Shown: in pieces, positions 24,554 to 35,428 of the stretch
How positions within the stretch are numbered: the stretch's first letter is position 1
How the letters are laid out: the number at the start of each line of letters is the position of its first letter
DNA from: a virus
Strand: one strand, 5' to 3'
Virus record (IMG/VR): IMGVR_UViG_3300038595_000014
DNA: 64,000 bases
Translations under genes and position numbers: made by a program
Notes under the pieces: model-generated
Databases searched by the model: none
Told to the model about the DNA's origin: nothing
The model's input: the letters and a program-made list of their open reading frames with translations, nothing else

Positions 24554-27229
24554 TTAGCCCCTGTCGTTTGTCTTCATCCCGACCACCATAGCGGCGACGT
24601 GAACCGGGTAAGGTGCCTGCGCCTGAATGCAGACGCGAGAGTCTGTGCGCCAGTCTCCGTTGAATTGCTGCATATCAACATCGTACTCTGACAAAACCGC
24701 GCCATCAGGAATGATCTGCCCGTCAGCGCCGAACCTATTCAGGCCGGTTAGATTGTTAGCGTCCCTGCCAATGCGAACCCCATCAGGTGCCGTATCCACC
24801 ATAAACAGGCCAAGGTGATCAACCTTCTTATACTGGTTCAGCGGAGTGCCAAGCGCTGCCCCGTATGCCAGTTTGGTGGACTTCCAGTTGCCGGTATAAG
24901 GTAGTCCAACTGTGACCTCGCTATATGGCGTGGTGTTGGGGATTGCCCCGCCTGATACAGTTGCCATATTGCTTTGATCGTGGATAGCCTGTCCGTCAGC
25001 CCAGACAATGACCTGTTGGCCTTCAAGGTGGTCCAGCCCGTCAATCGTGGCGCTAGGAGTGTCGTTGCTGATGTGCACAAAGCTGTCAGCCATCCGGTTC
25101 AGTGTGCCGCCGTTTGCGTTTGTGCTTCTGGCTAGGCGCTGGAACTCATACACTGTGTCATTGTTGAACGTGCGAGCAACGGACAGGTAGACTTCATCCT
25201 CAATAGTGGATGGCAGGACTTCCACGTCCTCAATAACCCCGTTGGTAGTCACGCGAGACCACGCTACGACATTCTCTGTCGGCTCATATGTCAGAACCCG
25301 TGCGGTGCCATCATTGAGGACAAACCAGATACGGGTATCGGGCTGTCGCTGAACCGCGATAGACCTAATCCCTGGCTCGCAAACGCGGGTGTGTAGCTCT
25401 GTCAGATCTCTAGACGCATAGTCAACCACGCCGCTTTCTAGGGCTAGTTCAAAGACACGGGAGCCGGAACGCTGGACAAATACCGCGTTCTTGTCGATCT
25501 CAACAGGTGCGATATTGGCGCAGCCGCGAGTAGATGCTTTACGAGGCACGAATGCGTTAGCGGTCAGAGGCTCATCAAACGAACTGGCTCGGATAGAGAT
25601 TTCCGAAATGTCCGTTCCGACAACAAGGCGCTGTAGGGATTGAAGCCAGACGATACCGCGCGCAGTCTCAGCGTTGACAGTCCTAACCACTGGCCCGGAA
25701 TCCCCGACCTGCGTGTCATCAAAGCTAAAGAACCTATCACTGATAGAGCCAAAAACAGTATCACCGCGACCCCACCAGATCCTCCCATCATGAAATGCAA
25801 CAGTGTTAGGCCATCCAAAACGAGCAGACCACTCCCCCCTATCCCACTGAGTAGTTGGGTTTGTGCTGCCGAAGAACTGCAAAACCTCCATAGTGGCAGA
25901 GGTTGGAGACAAAACGCGAAGAATGCGGCAAACCCCAGTTGTAGACCCGCCAGCATATCGCAACTCAACTGTTGCTGTCCCCGCCGTGTAGGCAGACACG
26001 TTAAGCCTGAAGAAAACAATCTGGTTGTCTAGGTTGTTGGTAATGCTCGCAGTTTCCGTGCCAGTGAATGTGCGCTGCGTGGTCCAGCTCCCCGGCTCAG
26101 CGATGGAACTTTCCAAATCAATGGTTCCGTTCCAGTCTTGCGACGTGTTTACGACAACGGTGAAAGTTCTGGACGTTGACCCTACACCAGTAACCCTAAT
26201 GTTTTCAGTAGTTTGATTCGCACCTGAAAATGTGGATGAGACATTTTGCTCATTGTGAATAAGGCGAAGCAAAGACCCAATGTCAGAGTTGTCAAACAGT
26301 GGCCTTGATGCAGTCAGTGTGCCGTTGCCATCCGTAACTGAAGGCTGGATTGTGGTTGTTGTTGGATCTTCCACCCGGAATGGACCGTCATCAACCTGAT
26401 ACCTAACAACAGACCAGGAGGTATCGCCCCTCCGTTCAATCTGCCGCTGCTGAAGCCCGTCAATCCCAAGGAAGAGAATATCCCTGCTTTGGTCGTGGCT
26501 AATCCCCCTGAGATTTTCAGAGGTCCACGGCTGAGAGATAGAGAGAACACCTGCTGGCGAAACTTCGCAGGACGATAGAACAACAGTCCTGTTTTCAGGT
26601 GTTAGTAGGTCAATCCAAAAGCTGGAGGCCCCTGGTACAAATGCAATGCTGTGCTGTCCGGGTCTCAAAACCTGACTGCTGATAAGATCGGTCCCGCCCG
26701 CTGTAGTGCCTACGTTCAGAGTTACGAGGCCACGGTTTACGACAATATCAAGCCCATGCTCTGTCTGTTGATCTCCTACCGAAACGGAGACCTGCTGCCG
26801 TGCTACAGCCTCGCTTGCAGGTGCGCCCTCAAGGACAAGATTCCCAGCGTCAACTCCCGCAGTTGCCGTGCCAGTGCTTTGATTCGACCAGCCAGTAAAT
26901 GAGTTGAAATCCCCATTCTGAACCTGTGTCGCAACAGACTCCCTGCGGACAAGCCGCCCGTTCTGCATAACGCGCAGTTGTCCATCGCTGAGCGCGAGCA
27001 TATACCGCGTGTCACTATCCACAACAAATGGAATCATAACGGTATTGGCAAGAGAGTCGTCCAGCCTTTCAAGCCCCGGCCTAAAACTCATTTGCCCAAT
27101 AACTTCCGGGAACAAGTTTTCCATCCGCTCCGCTGCGAATTGAAGCCTTTGCAGATCAAATCTGGCTAGGGCTGACGGTCCGACCTCGCCGCCGTTAAGG
27201 CTGTATACTGGAGCATTTTGTCTCGGCAT
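24554..27229 (-). CDS. Tail tubular protein B / nozzle (T7 gp12-like)
   Basis: N-terminal SLNGGEVGP..ARFDL, WPNTVAFHDGR.W and a beta-propeller-like 891-aa body. Confidence 0.8.
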   Translation of the reverse strand: MPRQNAPVYSLNGGEVGPSALARFDLQRLQFAAERMENLFPEVIGQMSFRPGLERLDDSLANTVMIPFVVDSDTRYMLALSDGQLRVMQNGRLVRRESVATQVQNGDFNSFTGWSNQSTGTATAGVDAGNLVLEGAPASEAVARQQVSVSVGDQQTEHGLDIVVNRGLVTLNVGTTAGGTDLISSQVLRPGQHSIAFVPGASSFWIDLLTPENRTVVLSSCEVSPAGVLSISQPWTSENLRGISHDQSRDILFLGIDGLQQRQIERRGDTSWSVVRYQVDDGPFRVEDPTTTTIQPSVTDGNGTLTASRPLFDNSDIGSLLRLIHNEQNVSSTFSGANQTTENIRVTGVGSTSRTFTVVVNTSQDWNGTIDLESSIAEPGSWTTQRTFTGTETASITNNLDNQIVFFRLNVSAYTAGTATVELRYAGGSTTGVCRILRVLSPTSATMEVLQFFGSTNPTTQWDRGEWSARFGWPNTVAFHDGRIWWGRGDTVFGSISDRFFSFDDTQVGDSGPVVRTVNAETARGIVWLQSLQRLVVGTDISEISIRASSFDEPLTANAFVPRKASTRGCANIAPVEIDKNAVFVQRSGSRVFELALESGVVDYASRDLTELHTRVCEPGIRSIAVQRQPDTRIWFVLNDGTARVLTYEPTENVVAWSRVTTNGVIEDVEVLPSTIEDEVYLSVARTFNNDTVYEFQRLARSTNANGGTLNRMADSFVHISNDTPSATIDGLDHLEGQQVIVWADGQAIHDQSNMATVSGGAIPNTTPYSEVTVGLPYTGNWKSTKLAYGAALGTPLNQYKKVDHLGLFMVDTAPDGVRIGRDANNLTGLNRFGADGQIIPDGAVLSEYDVDMQQFNGDWRTDSRVCIQAQAPYPVHVAAMVVGMKTNDRG

Positions 27230-27247
27230 ATTACCTTTGACCTTTTG

Positions 27248-27742
27248 TTAGAAGTTGTTGGCAAACTCAATTACAGCTTCTGGGCATTCAGGCCAGTTTG
27301 CATCGTCATAAACGTCTGCGCCCTGCTCAGCCAGATTGTGCCACGTCTGACGCATGGAGGCGATCCAGAGAAGACCCTGAGTGTACAACCCCTTACCTGT
27401 GTCATCCAGCAGCCCAGCGGCAACCGCAGCAGCCATGTTGAGCTGTTTCGTGGTGCTTGCGACTGCGAGAATACGGCGCTTACATTCCCTCTGCGCTTCG
27501 TCCGTGCGCTCCTCTAGCGGGATGTCGTATTCAATCCACTCTAGAGCGCCATCAACCGGCGTGTCTGAAAGCCTGTAGCGTTTGCCGGGTTTTGCCTCTG
27601 GCTGGTCTGGCACCGCAACAGGTGTCATCCCGTATTCAGCGCGCAGTTCATCAGTCAGCAACTTTGGAAAGCTAACCGTTGGATTGTCCGTGCGCAGGTC
27701 ACGGTCTGTGTATGGATATTTGTCGCCGTTCTGGTATGTCAT
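27248..27742 (-). CDS. Tail-fibre-associated protein (assembly chaperone-like)
   Basis: YPY...LR.DNP.VSFP N-terminus and NWPECP C-terminus; directly follows the fibre genes. Confidence 0.5.
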   Translation of the reverse strand: MTYQNGDKYPYTDRDLRTDNPTVSFPKLLTDELRAEYGMTPVAVPDQPEAKPGKRYRLSDTPVDGALEWIEYDIPLEERTDEAQRECKRRILAVASTTKQLNMAAAVAAGLLDDTGKGLYTQGLLWIASMRQTWHNLAEQGADVYDDANWPECPEAVIEFANNF

Positions 27743-27748
27743 TGTGTT

Positions 27749-28744
27749 TTACTCCGCCCGAATTGCCATGTAGATGTAATTATCGTTGACGCTGTTTATA
27801 ACACCGGAGCTGGAGGTTATTTCAAAGCCAGTAGATGTTAGGTCAGCCCAAGTTCGAGACGCTTCGCTTGTCACGTCATTAGCCTCTAGCACTGCATCGC
27901 TGCCAGAAGTTATGCCCCTAGTGGTATCAAAGATAAACCAGTCGGCGTTAGCCCCCGTAGCTCGTTTAATCAACAGAAACTGCGGTTGCCACCCTAGGTT
28001 AATTATGGGTCCATTGCTGGACCCGTTGCCTGTATAACTTCCGCACTGAATGTTTCCGGCAGGCTCATGTGCAAAAACGTATGCTACATAGTTTTGTCCG
28101 GATGTATTGACGTCAGCGTCAGTGCCTAGGGTAAAGTTGGTTGATGTAGGGGCAGTGTCGTTAAAAGCCGTCGCGGTATCAATCCTGGCGTTGGCTTCAT
28201 TGAGAAGAAGTCTGAAATCCTCTGGGGCGGTGGCGTCGACAGCCCGGTGGTATACGCTCCAGTTCCGGAAATCTAGACGCTTAATCCAGATCATGCCCGG
28301 AACAGAACCCAAGTTATGTGTAACTGTCCTACCCGCAGTTCCGTTTCCTGTATAAGTTACGACATCAAAGAACTGAGGAGCCTTGCGAAAGGTCCACGTA
28401 ACTGCACTCCCTACGTTGTCAACGATATTAGCAATGCCCAAAGAGAACCCATTCGAGTTGAAAGACGTGAGACTTTGACTATTTGTAGATTCGCCGGATG
28501 GGGCGTCTGTAGACAAATACCTAGCAGACCCCCGCTCCGTATCAAACACATGGTGGTTCGAGGAGTTTGACCGGCTCTTAAACCACACCATGCCGCCCTC
28601 TCCCGCCAAGTCTATGCCGTTGTTTACAGTGCGGGGTTGACTGTTGGTGGTGAAGATATCTGTAGAAAACAGGTCTGCGACTGAAGGTCCGGGCGCACCC
28701 CCCGCATTAGCCGCCGCCATCATTAGTAATTCCCAAATCTTCAT
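27749..28744 (-). CDS. Tail-fibre tip protein (DUF7483-like repeats)
   Basis: GGMVWFKSRS, WTFRKAPQFFDVVTYTGNG, GSYTGNGSS.GP.INLGWQPQFLLIK. Confidence 0.7.
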   Translation of the reverse strand: MKIWELLMMAAANAGGAPGPSVADLFSTDIFTTNSQPRTVNNGIDLAGEGGMVWFKSRSNSSNHHVFDTERGSARYLSTDAPSGESTNSQSLTSFNSNGFSLGIANIVDNVGSAVTWTFRKAPQFFDVVTYTGNGTAGRTVTHNLGSVPGMIWIKRLDFRNWSVYHRAVDATAPEDFRLLLNEANARIDTATAFNDTAPTSTNFTLGTDADVNTSGQNYVAYVFAHEPAGNIQCGSYTGNGSSNGPIINLGWQPQFLLIKRATGANADWFIFDTTRGITSGSDAVLEANDVTSEASRTWADLTSTGFEITSSSGVINSVNDNYIYMAIRAE

Positions 28745-31700
28745 GACAAGTCACTTCCCGCTTCAAATCCATACCAAGGCGATCCGCCATTTGTGGTAAA
28801 GAACACATACGCCGCAGTCTCCCCGCTTGCTGGTGCCGATGGCGCAGTACCTCCAGGCCAGTCAACACTCGCAGGCCACGTGATAGTGTGAGTGCCACCA
28901 GCTTGAATCCTTACAGCGAACCCGTATGCGTGACCTGTTGGCGGGTTCACAAAGGAGATTGTTGTGTTTCCGGTTGTGTTAAGGCTGAAAACTTCCGCGT
29001 CTTTAAAGTCCAGACTAGGCGTAGTCCCAGTCATGACATTAAGTCTTGCCTGCGGCCCCATTACGGCATCAAAGCCCTGGCCAGAGCCACGACGATAGTA
29101 AAGACCCGGACCTGCATTACCAAGTGTTTCGGTTGTAGCTGTCCCATCAGAAACAACTAGCGCAGAACCGGGACCAGTTGGAACAGTCGCCTGCGGGATA
29201 AATCCAGAAAGACGAATGCTGATGATGTTGTTGGTCTGCATATTGAGGGTGCCGCTCATCTGGCCAGCACCGTTGATGGTCATGAACCCGTTGGCAGTAA
29301 AGCCCCCCGGAAGCGTCAAGAATCCAGAAGACGAAATAGTTGCCTGCGTCCCGCTAGCCCCTACTGTCAGGCTATTAAAAGTTGGATCTGTCGGGATAGA
29401 ACCGCCACCAGTAACAGCCCCCGCCAGAGTCCCGGTATAGCTGCTGCTTACAGTCCCGGTAGGCGAGGTGGTCACAGACGTGCTGCCCAAGACTTCCATC
29501 TCGCCAAGAGTATTGCCTGACAGGTTATTTGGACCCAGCCAGACGTTTGACACGGCGGAGTTACCTACAGACAGACCATATCGGCTGTGGCCTGTTGATA
29601 CGTTCCCAGTGACTACAATATCTCTAGTGAAGCCGGTCGCATTGGCCCGGATGTTAATGCCTGCTGTGGCGGATTGGAGAACATCATTGTCAGCGACTGT
29701 ATTGTTGCCAATTATAACCCTCTGAACGTATGTGTTTGGCTGGTTAGCGGCAACCCGGATGCCAGACTGCCTAGAGCTGCGCACAACGTTGCCGGTGATT
29801 ACAATGTCCTCGATAGCGTTTGCTTCGCCAGTCACATCCTGCTGGTTGACATTAATACCAATGCCAGAGGAATCCGAAGGTTGCAGACCGGACCAAATGT
29901 TTTCGTCACCAGCCCTCAGAGACAAGTTGTCAGAGCAAAGGATTCGTTTCGCAGCTTCTTCGATAAAGATGTTGTTGCGTCGGTTCTGATCTGTCGTATT
30001 GTCAGACACAGTGATGTCAAACGAGAATGCGTCAACATCAATCCCGTCTGTTGTGTTCTGATTGCAGGTGTTGTTTGTGATCCTTCCGCGCCGTGCGTTA
30101 AATGGTCGAATGCCTGGAGCGCGACGATTGTCAGCATCAACACCGTTTTCATTTACGATGTTATTGTCAATGGACCAATCAACACCGCTAGTTCCAGCAG
30201 ATCCTTGAACCCGAATGCCATCAAATGCGCAATCGTGAACGTAGTTCCCCTCTGCCTCAAAGCCGTTACTGTTGAGGAAGTAAAGGCCGACTGTGCTTGC
30301 ATCGGAAGTTGTCTGGTTTGCCTTGTTTCCGTTGAAGTTAATGCCACGGACAAAGAATCGGCCAGATGTTACGCCGTTGTAGCGGATGATGTTTGCATTC
30401 GACGCATTGCGCAGGAAAAGCTCCGCCCCCGGCCTACCTTGAATGGAGACTGGATTAGTGACAGTAATCCCCGTTGTCTCATAGGTCTCACTGAGCAGAG
30501 TTACTGGCTGGTCAATGGAGTTTGCGTAAGTGAACGCGGCATTAAGGGCGGCTGTCATGTCAGTGCTTCCACCAACGACATTAGCGGCAAAGTGGTTAGG
30601 GGTTACAATGTCATGCGGAATCCACCCCGGCGCGTCAGAGATAGTTGTCGCGCCAGTTTGATACCGATACAGCACCCTCCTATCTGAGGCGAGTTGACCG
30701 TCTGTGGGGCTTAGGTTGCTGAGGTCGTTGATGAAAGCAACCCGGCCCGGATAGGTGTAAATGTTGGTACTGCCGCTGCCAGCTTGGCCATTAATTGTCA
30801 CCTCAGTGCCCGACAAGGTGCCAGTGAGCGCTGTGCCAAGGTTCAGAGACGTCACCCCGGACCCAAGAAGCGTCCCGTTGTTTCTGACAGTAATTCCACC
30901 AGACCCGCCAGCTCCAGCAACAGGAGACCAAGTGGAGCCGGTCCCGCGCCAATACAGGCCGCTGCCAGATCCACCAAATCCATTTGTAGAGGATGTCCCG
31001 TCAGACATAGCAACAAGATAATTGCCAGTGCGGGAAGGCTCTGACGTTTGCGCTTCGAACTGAGCTGCATCAGCGTCTAGCTGAACCACATCATTAGGAG
31101 CGCCCAAGCGTAGGCGATCACCCGCAACCCCAACATACGGCATGGAGGCTTGGGTTGTCGTCCTATCCATCATGCCAAGGCGCGTCAGTGAGCCATTGGA
31201 TGCAAACCTAAACTCTCTATTATCGTGGGCTTCCAGAGATACAGCCGCTGGCTTGGGGGAAACATCAAGAGAGAAGTTTTGCCGATTGCCATCAATAAAG
31301 GAGTTCAGGTACGCTTCAATTACATCGTAGGTGGGTGCCCATGTGTTTGATCCAGAGTTTGCAAATTCAACAAGGCTTGCCCCGGTAGCCCACTGTCGAA
31401 CCTCAACACCGCGAATGTTTGGCCGTGCCGTTACGCCTACAGCATATGCATTGAACGTCAGCGCGGTTGCAGGAACCATATCCGCCGCATCTTGAATGAG
31501 CGAGATATTGTTGATGTTTACCCGGTCTGTGGCAAATGTCGAAAACCCGTTATCATGATACAAGCCACTGATGGTCAGCTCATTCGTCTCACTACCCTGC
31601 CAGTCAATGATTTGGTTGTTATTCCTCTGAACAACTCCGACACCGCCGTTATAGAAGTGACAGTCGTAAATATCCTGAATGCCAGCGGTTGCCCTGTAGC

Positions 31701-32862
31701 AGCAGCGCGTCCAGCGAATAGTTGTTTCACTTACCTTACAGTCTGACCTGCGGATCTCAACGCCCGTGCCTACGTAGTTGGCATTGTCTGCAAACAGCGT
31801 CGGGTTGAAGGATACATCAAGCTCACCGATGATACATTGGTTAATCCAGACTTCAGGACCGGATGTCGTGTCAACCAGAATCCCGTGGCCAATGTATTCA
31901 TAGACCTCGGTCTGAAATACTTTGACGCGGCCTGCATCAACCTGAATACCTGAGCAAAGTCGCTCACAGTGAACCTTTACGTTTTGAATCCGACCATATG
32001 CCGACTGCCAGTCGATCACAAAGTCAGAAGCCCCGCTCCAGGATGAGCCAATCGCGATAAATGTGCCATTCTTCATGACAGCCGAACGGGCCACATCGAA
32101 GGTAACAGTGGAGCTAATCCCGTATCTCTTGCCCGCTAGATCCAGTTCCCAGACAGGGCCTGTAAATCCAGCGTTAGAGCTAACTTGCGAGTTCAGGTAG
32201 TTTTTCCACGCGACAATTGCCGCCGTGTCATCTGTTACCCCATCACCAACTGCGCCGAAATGCAAAGGTGTGCAAGTGTTAATGCAGTCAAGCCCATTTA
32301 GCGATGGAAGGTGTGTAGAAACCCCATCATAGACGTACAAACTTTCTCCGGCGATGATAAGATCACCAACCGATAGGGTCAGCCCCGGAAGTCCTGTGAC
32401 AAGCTCTGCGCGCGTGGCGTAGAAGAAGTTCCCCCCGCTACCGCCTGTCTGCCCGTTAATAGTGACTTCGTTTCCAGACAGAACCCCGGTAAGTGCGGTG
32501 CCAAGGTTAAGGGAGCGAACTTCTGTGCTAAGCGTAACGCCGTTGTTTCTAACGGTAATATCGCCACTGCCACCGCCAGAGAACAGGTCTGTGAAGGTAA
32601 TAGGATTCCATTGCTGAGTGGAGCCTTCAAAGATGCGCAAGACAGACGGATCATCAGGATGCGGCCTAGTGTCGAGCCAAAGCCTGCTTGTGTCTGTTGG
32701 CGGGGTGTCTTGGATCTCGATATTATCAAAGACACCCACGTCCTTTAGCGCTGACAGGATAAGGTCAGACCACTTTTCAGAGAAATTCCGGCCATTAGTT
32801 ACATCACTACCCTCGAAAAAGAGCGCGTTGTGAATCCTGTTATCAAATGTCTCAGTCGTCAT
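28741..32862 (-). CDS. Tail spike with two pectate-lyase-like beta-helix modules
   Basis: HFGAVGDGVTDDTAAI and a second TPNHF...DMTAALNAAF entry motif, Asn-ladder repeats and a duplicated linker. Confidence 0.8.
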   Translation of the reverse strand: MTTETFDNRIHNALFFEGSDVTNGRNFSEKWSDLILSALKDVGVFDNIEIQDTPPTDTSRLWLDTRPHPDDPSVLRIFEGSTQQWNPITFTDLFSGGGSGDITVRNNGVTLSTEVRSLNLGTALTGVLSGNEVTINGQTGGSGGNFFYATRAELVTGLPGLTLSVGDLIIAGESLYVYDGVSTHLPSLNGLDCINTCTPLHFGAVGDGVTDDTAAIVAWKNYLNSQVSSNAGFTGPVWELDLAGKRYGISSTVTFDVARSAVMKNGTFIAIGSSWSGASDFVIDWQSAYGRIQNVKVHCERLCSGIQVDAGRVKVFQTEVYEYIGHGILVDTTSGPEVWINQCIIGELDVSFNPTLFADNANYVGTGVEIRRSDCKVSETTIRWTRCCYRATAGIQDIYDCHFYNGGVGVVQRNNNQIIDWQGSETNELTISGLYHDNGFSTFATDRVNINNISLIQDAADMVPATALTFNAYAVGVTARPNIRGVEVRQWATGASLVEFANSGSNTWAPTYDVIEAYLNSFIDGNRQNFSLDVSPKPAAVSLEAHDNREFRFASNGSLTRLGMMDRTTTQASMPYVGVAGDRLRLGAPNDVVQLDADAAQFEAQTSEPSRTGNYLVAMSDGTSSTNGFGGSGSGLYWRGTGSTWSPVAGAGGSGGITVRNNGTLLGSGVTSLNLGTALTGTLSGTEVTINGQAGSGSTNIYTYPGRVAFINDLSNLSPTDGQLASDRRVLYRYQTGATTISDAPGWIPHDIVTPNHFAANVVGGSTDMTAALNAAFTYANSIDQPVTLLSETYETTGITVTNPVSIQGRPGAELFLRNASNANIIRYNGVTSGRFFVRGINFNGNKANQTTSDASTVGLYFLNSNGFEAEGNYVHDCAFDGIRVQGSAGTSGVDWSIDNNIVNENGVDADNRRAPGIRPFNARRGRITNNTCNQNTTDGIDVDAFSFDITVSDNTTDQNRRNNIFIEEAAKRILCSDNLSLRAGDENIWSGLQPSDSSGIGINVNQQDVTGEANAIEDIVITGNVVRSSRQSGIRVAANQPNTYVQRVIIGNNTVADNDVLQSATAGINIRANATGFTRDIVVTGNVSTGHSRYGLSVGNSAVSNVWLGPNNLSGNTLGEMEVLGSTSVTTSPTGTVSSSYTGTLAGAVTGGGSIPTDPTFNSLTVGASGTQATISSSGFLTLPGGFTANGFMTINGAGQMSGTLNMQTNNIISIRLSGFIPQATVPTGPGSALVVSDGTATTETLGNAGPGLYYRRGSGQGFDAVMGPQARLNVMTGTTPSLDFKDAEVFSLNTTGNTTISFVNPPTGHAYGFAVRIQAGGTHTITWPASVDWPGGTAPSAPASGETAAYVFFTTNGGSPWYGFEAGSDLS

Positions 32863-32921
32863 CAGCCTGTATCCGCATCCTGTTTGCGGAAAAGCTTAAC
32901 ATGTTTAGCAATTGAATGCTA

Positions 32922-35426
32922 TCACCTAAACCCGCCGCCGGTCGCAACAATGCTAGATGGTGGGAGCCAGTACTCCTGATTATTTTCACGGCGAACCCGT
33001 TTTTCTGCGCGGCGCAGGTAGCCTGGATTAATTGTCTCTTGAAGTTGGAACCAGACAAGATAATCCATCGCTGACTTGGCATAGAACAGGTTGGCAAATG
33101 GCGTGTTGCTTTTGACAAGCCGTAGAAGATCACCGCTAATGTCGTCCTCTGCCCCGGTCACAATTCCTCGCGCGCGCTGCAAAAGGTCAATGGCCTCTGT
33201 TGCTGTGCCGATTGTTGGGCCAGCCAGAGTGTCCAGTGTGCCGCCACCGAAACGGTTAGCCTCACCGAACAAGAAGTCACCGTAGATCCCAAGTCCGCCA
33301 CCCTGCAACAGAGCAGCCACGAATGTCTCTGCGCTCATCTCGCGCGTCTCTCGCCCCTTTAGGATCTCTTTCGTTTGCATGACGAAATAGCCGAGAACGG
33401 TTGTGCCTACAATAGCATTGGCTAGGCCAGCATTGGCTCCGATTCCCTTGCCAAGTTGTTCACGAAACGTCCGCGACCCTGTTCCGTAAACCTGACGTCC
33501 GACAACTTTTGTAAGGCCAGTGATGCCAAAGCTTTTGAATTGCGTCGCAAACCTGATTGCTTCTCCAGCCACAGTGCCGGGCCTGTAGCCCTGACGCAGG
33601 ATTGCCCTTTCCCGCGCGCCCGCAGATGGAACCGCAAAGTCTGCCTCAGCCGACATAAGCGTAAAGAAGTTGTCAGATGCAGCATCTAGAACACGTTGAT
33701 TTACCCCAGACCCTTCTAGCTGCCGGATATCACCGGGCATAATGTAGGAACGACCGTCCTCAGCCTCTCGTGTAGATTGGCGAATTACGTTCCACTGCGC
33801 CTCATCAATGCCGTAGATTCGCAGGAGGCGCTGCATGTCCTCTGGCAATTCATTAACCGTCCTGCCTGCGTTCATCGCGAAGTCACGGCTAATCATAAAC
33901 GTAACGCCGCGTTTGTTTGCGTCGGACCAAGGCCCCAGAAGGTTCATCTTGAAGAAAAACGCCATCGCCTTCGAGGTGGCTCCTGGAAGATCATCAGACG
34001 CATTGGCGCGACTCATAAAATCGCCAAGCTGCCCCTCAAGACCTGCTCCAAGAAGATCTGCAAACTCGCGCTTTTCTCCCCCTTGAAGGCCCTCAATAGA
34101 TGCTGTAAACGCATCCTGCCAAGCATCACCGAGACTGCGACCCTGATAAATTCGGTTAGTCGCCGTGAATGCAATATCTGATGTGGCGGAGATTACAGCG
34201 CCACCAAGTTTTGCCATCGTCTGGATAGCGCGAATTGCAGAAGAAACGCGAGCGACCGTCGTGCCAGCGCCAAGATTGATATCCCCTGTCACTTCGTCCA
34301 TTCGGTTTTGAATGTATCGGGGAACGCCCTTGCCAGCCTCAAGCTCGAACTTTTCCAGCTTTGCTTCATTGCCACGGTATTTCTCACGCGCAATTTTGAC
34401 AACCCTTTCAAGCATTGCCTGCGGGTTAGTGCCGAAGTTTGAAATAATCGCAGTAGACCTAGCGTTTCGGTTCAAGTCTTGATGGAACGCCTCACGCAGA
34501 GAGCCGGTCCCAAACTGGCGGTCATAGTCAAACCAGTCGTCAACGGTCTTAAACTCCAGAACCCGCGCCGCTGCATCTTTCTTGGCTAGGTTGCCCGGAC
34601 CCTTAAACGCGCGCTCAATATCAGACACGTCTTTGTCTAGGCGAATGCCAGTCTTTAGAGAGATGTAAGTCTCTGACAGGAATTTCTCAATTTGCTCAGG
34701 GCGAACACCCATCGCTTCATAATCAAGCTTTTGACGGACTGCATCTTTCCATTCTTTCTCCCCCGCAACAGCCATTTTTGCAGGATCGTGGCTTTGACGA
34801 ACAACCCTGCCGGACTTTTCACGAATATGCCCGCCTTCTCGGTTGAGCCGCCGCACAGATGTGACCTGATACTTCTGCATGATCTTGGCAATTTCCATAG
34901 CCTCCCGGCTGACGTTAACGCCGCGCGGTTCTCGCCTATTTAGATCACCCAAAGCGTTAGCAACCTCCCGCTCGAAGTCGCCACTCATTTTGTTGTATTG
35001 CGTGTGCAGATTGGCTTTCTTCAGGTCATGAATAAGACCACCAGCATAAGAGTTCATCAAGCCATTGGTGATTGCATCAACTGACCTCTGCGCCCCCTCA
35101 AACGGAGCATTGACGCCACTGATAGCAGCTTCCAAGCCAAGAGCAGGATTGTCCGTCATCTGGTCTGCGCGATTCATCAGGTCCAGAAGCTTATTTTCAA
35201 TGACGATGTTTTTCAGCCGATTGCGGCGTTCAATCAGCGCGGCCTCTTCAGCTTGGCTGGCAATGATCTCCCCCTCTCGCAACAGGGCGGACTCAACGCT
35301 TTCCAGATTATCACTGGATTGGGCACGTTGCTTCCTGTTGTTGAGGTCTGCAAAGATATCCTCAATCTCATCATCATCTAGCCGACCATTGTTAACTTGG
35401 TCAGCAATATTCAAACAATCAGCCAT
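32922..35426 (-). CDS. Internal virion (ejection) protein
   Basis: 834 aa, helical, C-terminal NTPFANLFY...LQETINPGYLRR; podovirus synteny. Confidence 0.65.
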   Translation of the reverse strand: MADCLNIADQVNNGRLDDDEIEDIFADLNNRKQRAQSSDNLESVESALLREGEIIASQAEEAALIERRNRLKNIVIENKLLDLMNRADQMTDNPALGLEAAISGVNAPFEGAQRSVDAITNGLMNSYAGGLIHDLKKANLHTQYNKMSGDFEREVANALGDLNRREPRGVNVSREAMEIAKIMQKYQVTSVRRLNREGGHIREKSGRVVRQSHDPAKMAVAGEKEWKDAVRQKLDYEAMGVRPEQIEKFLSETYISLKTGIRLDKDVSDIERAFKGPGNLAKKDAAARVLEFKTVDDWFDYDRQFGTGSLREAFHQDLNRNARSTAIISNFGTNPQAMLERVVKIAREKYRGNEAKLEKFELEAGKGVPRYIQNRMDEVTGDINLGAGTTVARVSSAIRAIQTMAKLGGAVISATSDIAFTATNRIYQGRSLGDAWQDAFTASIEGLQGGEKREFADLLGAGLEGQLGDFMSRANASDDLPGATSKAMAFFFKMNLLGPWSDANKRGVTFMISRDFAMNAGRTVNELPEDMQRLLRIYGIDEAQWNVIRQSTREAEDGRSYIMPGDIRQLEGSGVNQRVLDAASDNFFTLMSAEADFAVPSAGARERAILRQGYRPGTVAGEAIRFATQFKSFGITGLTKVVGRQVYGTGSRTFREQLGKGIGANAGLANAIVGTTVLGYFVMQTKEILKGRETREMSAETFVAALLQGGGLGIYGDFLFGEANRFGGGTLDTLAGPTIGTATEAIDLLQRARGIVTGAEDDISGDLLRLVKSNTPFANLFYAKSAMDYLVWFQLQETINPGYLRRAEKRVRRENNQEYWLPPSSIVATGGGFR

Positions 35427-35428
35427 GT

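Noticed and set aside
29674-30687. Long + strand ORFs opposite structural genes (also 39626-40624, 44052-45014, 46762-48021, 20753-21793)
   Set aside because: Antisense shadows of highly biased minus-strand genes; no motifs or RBSs.
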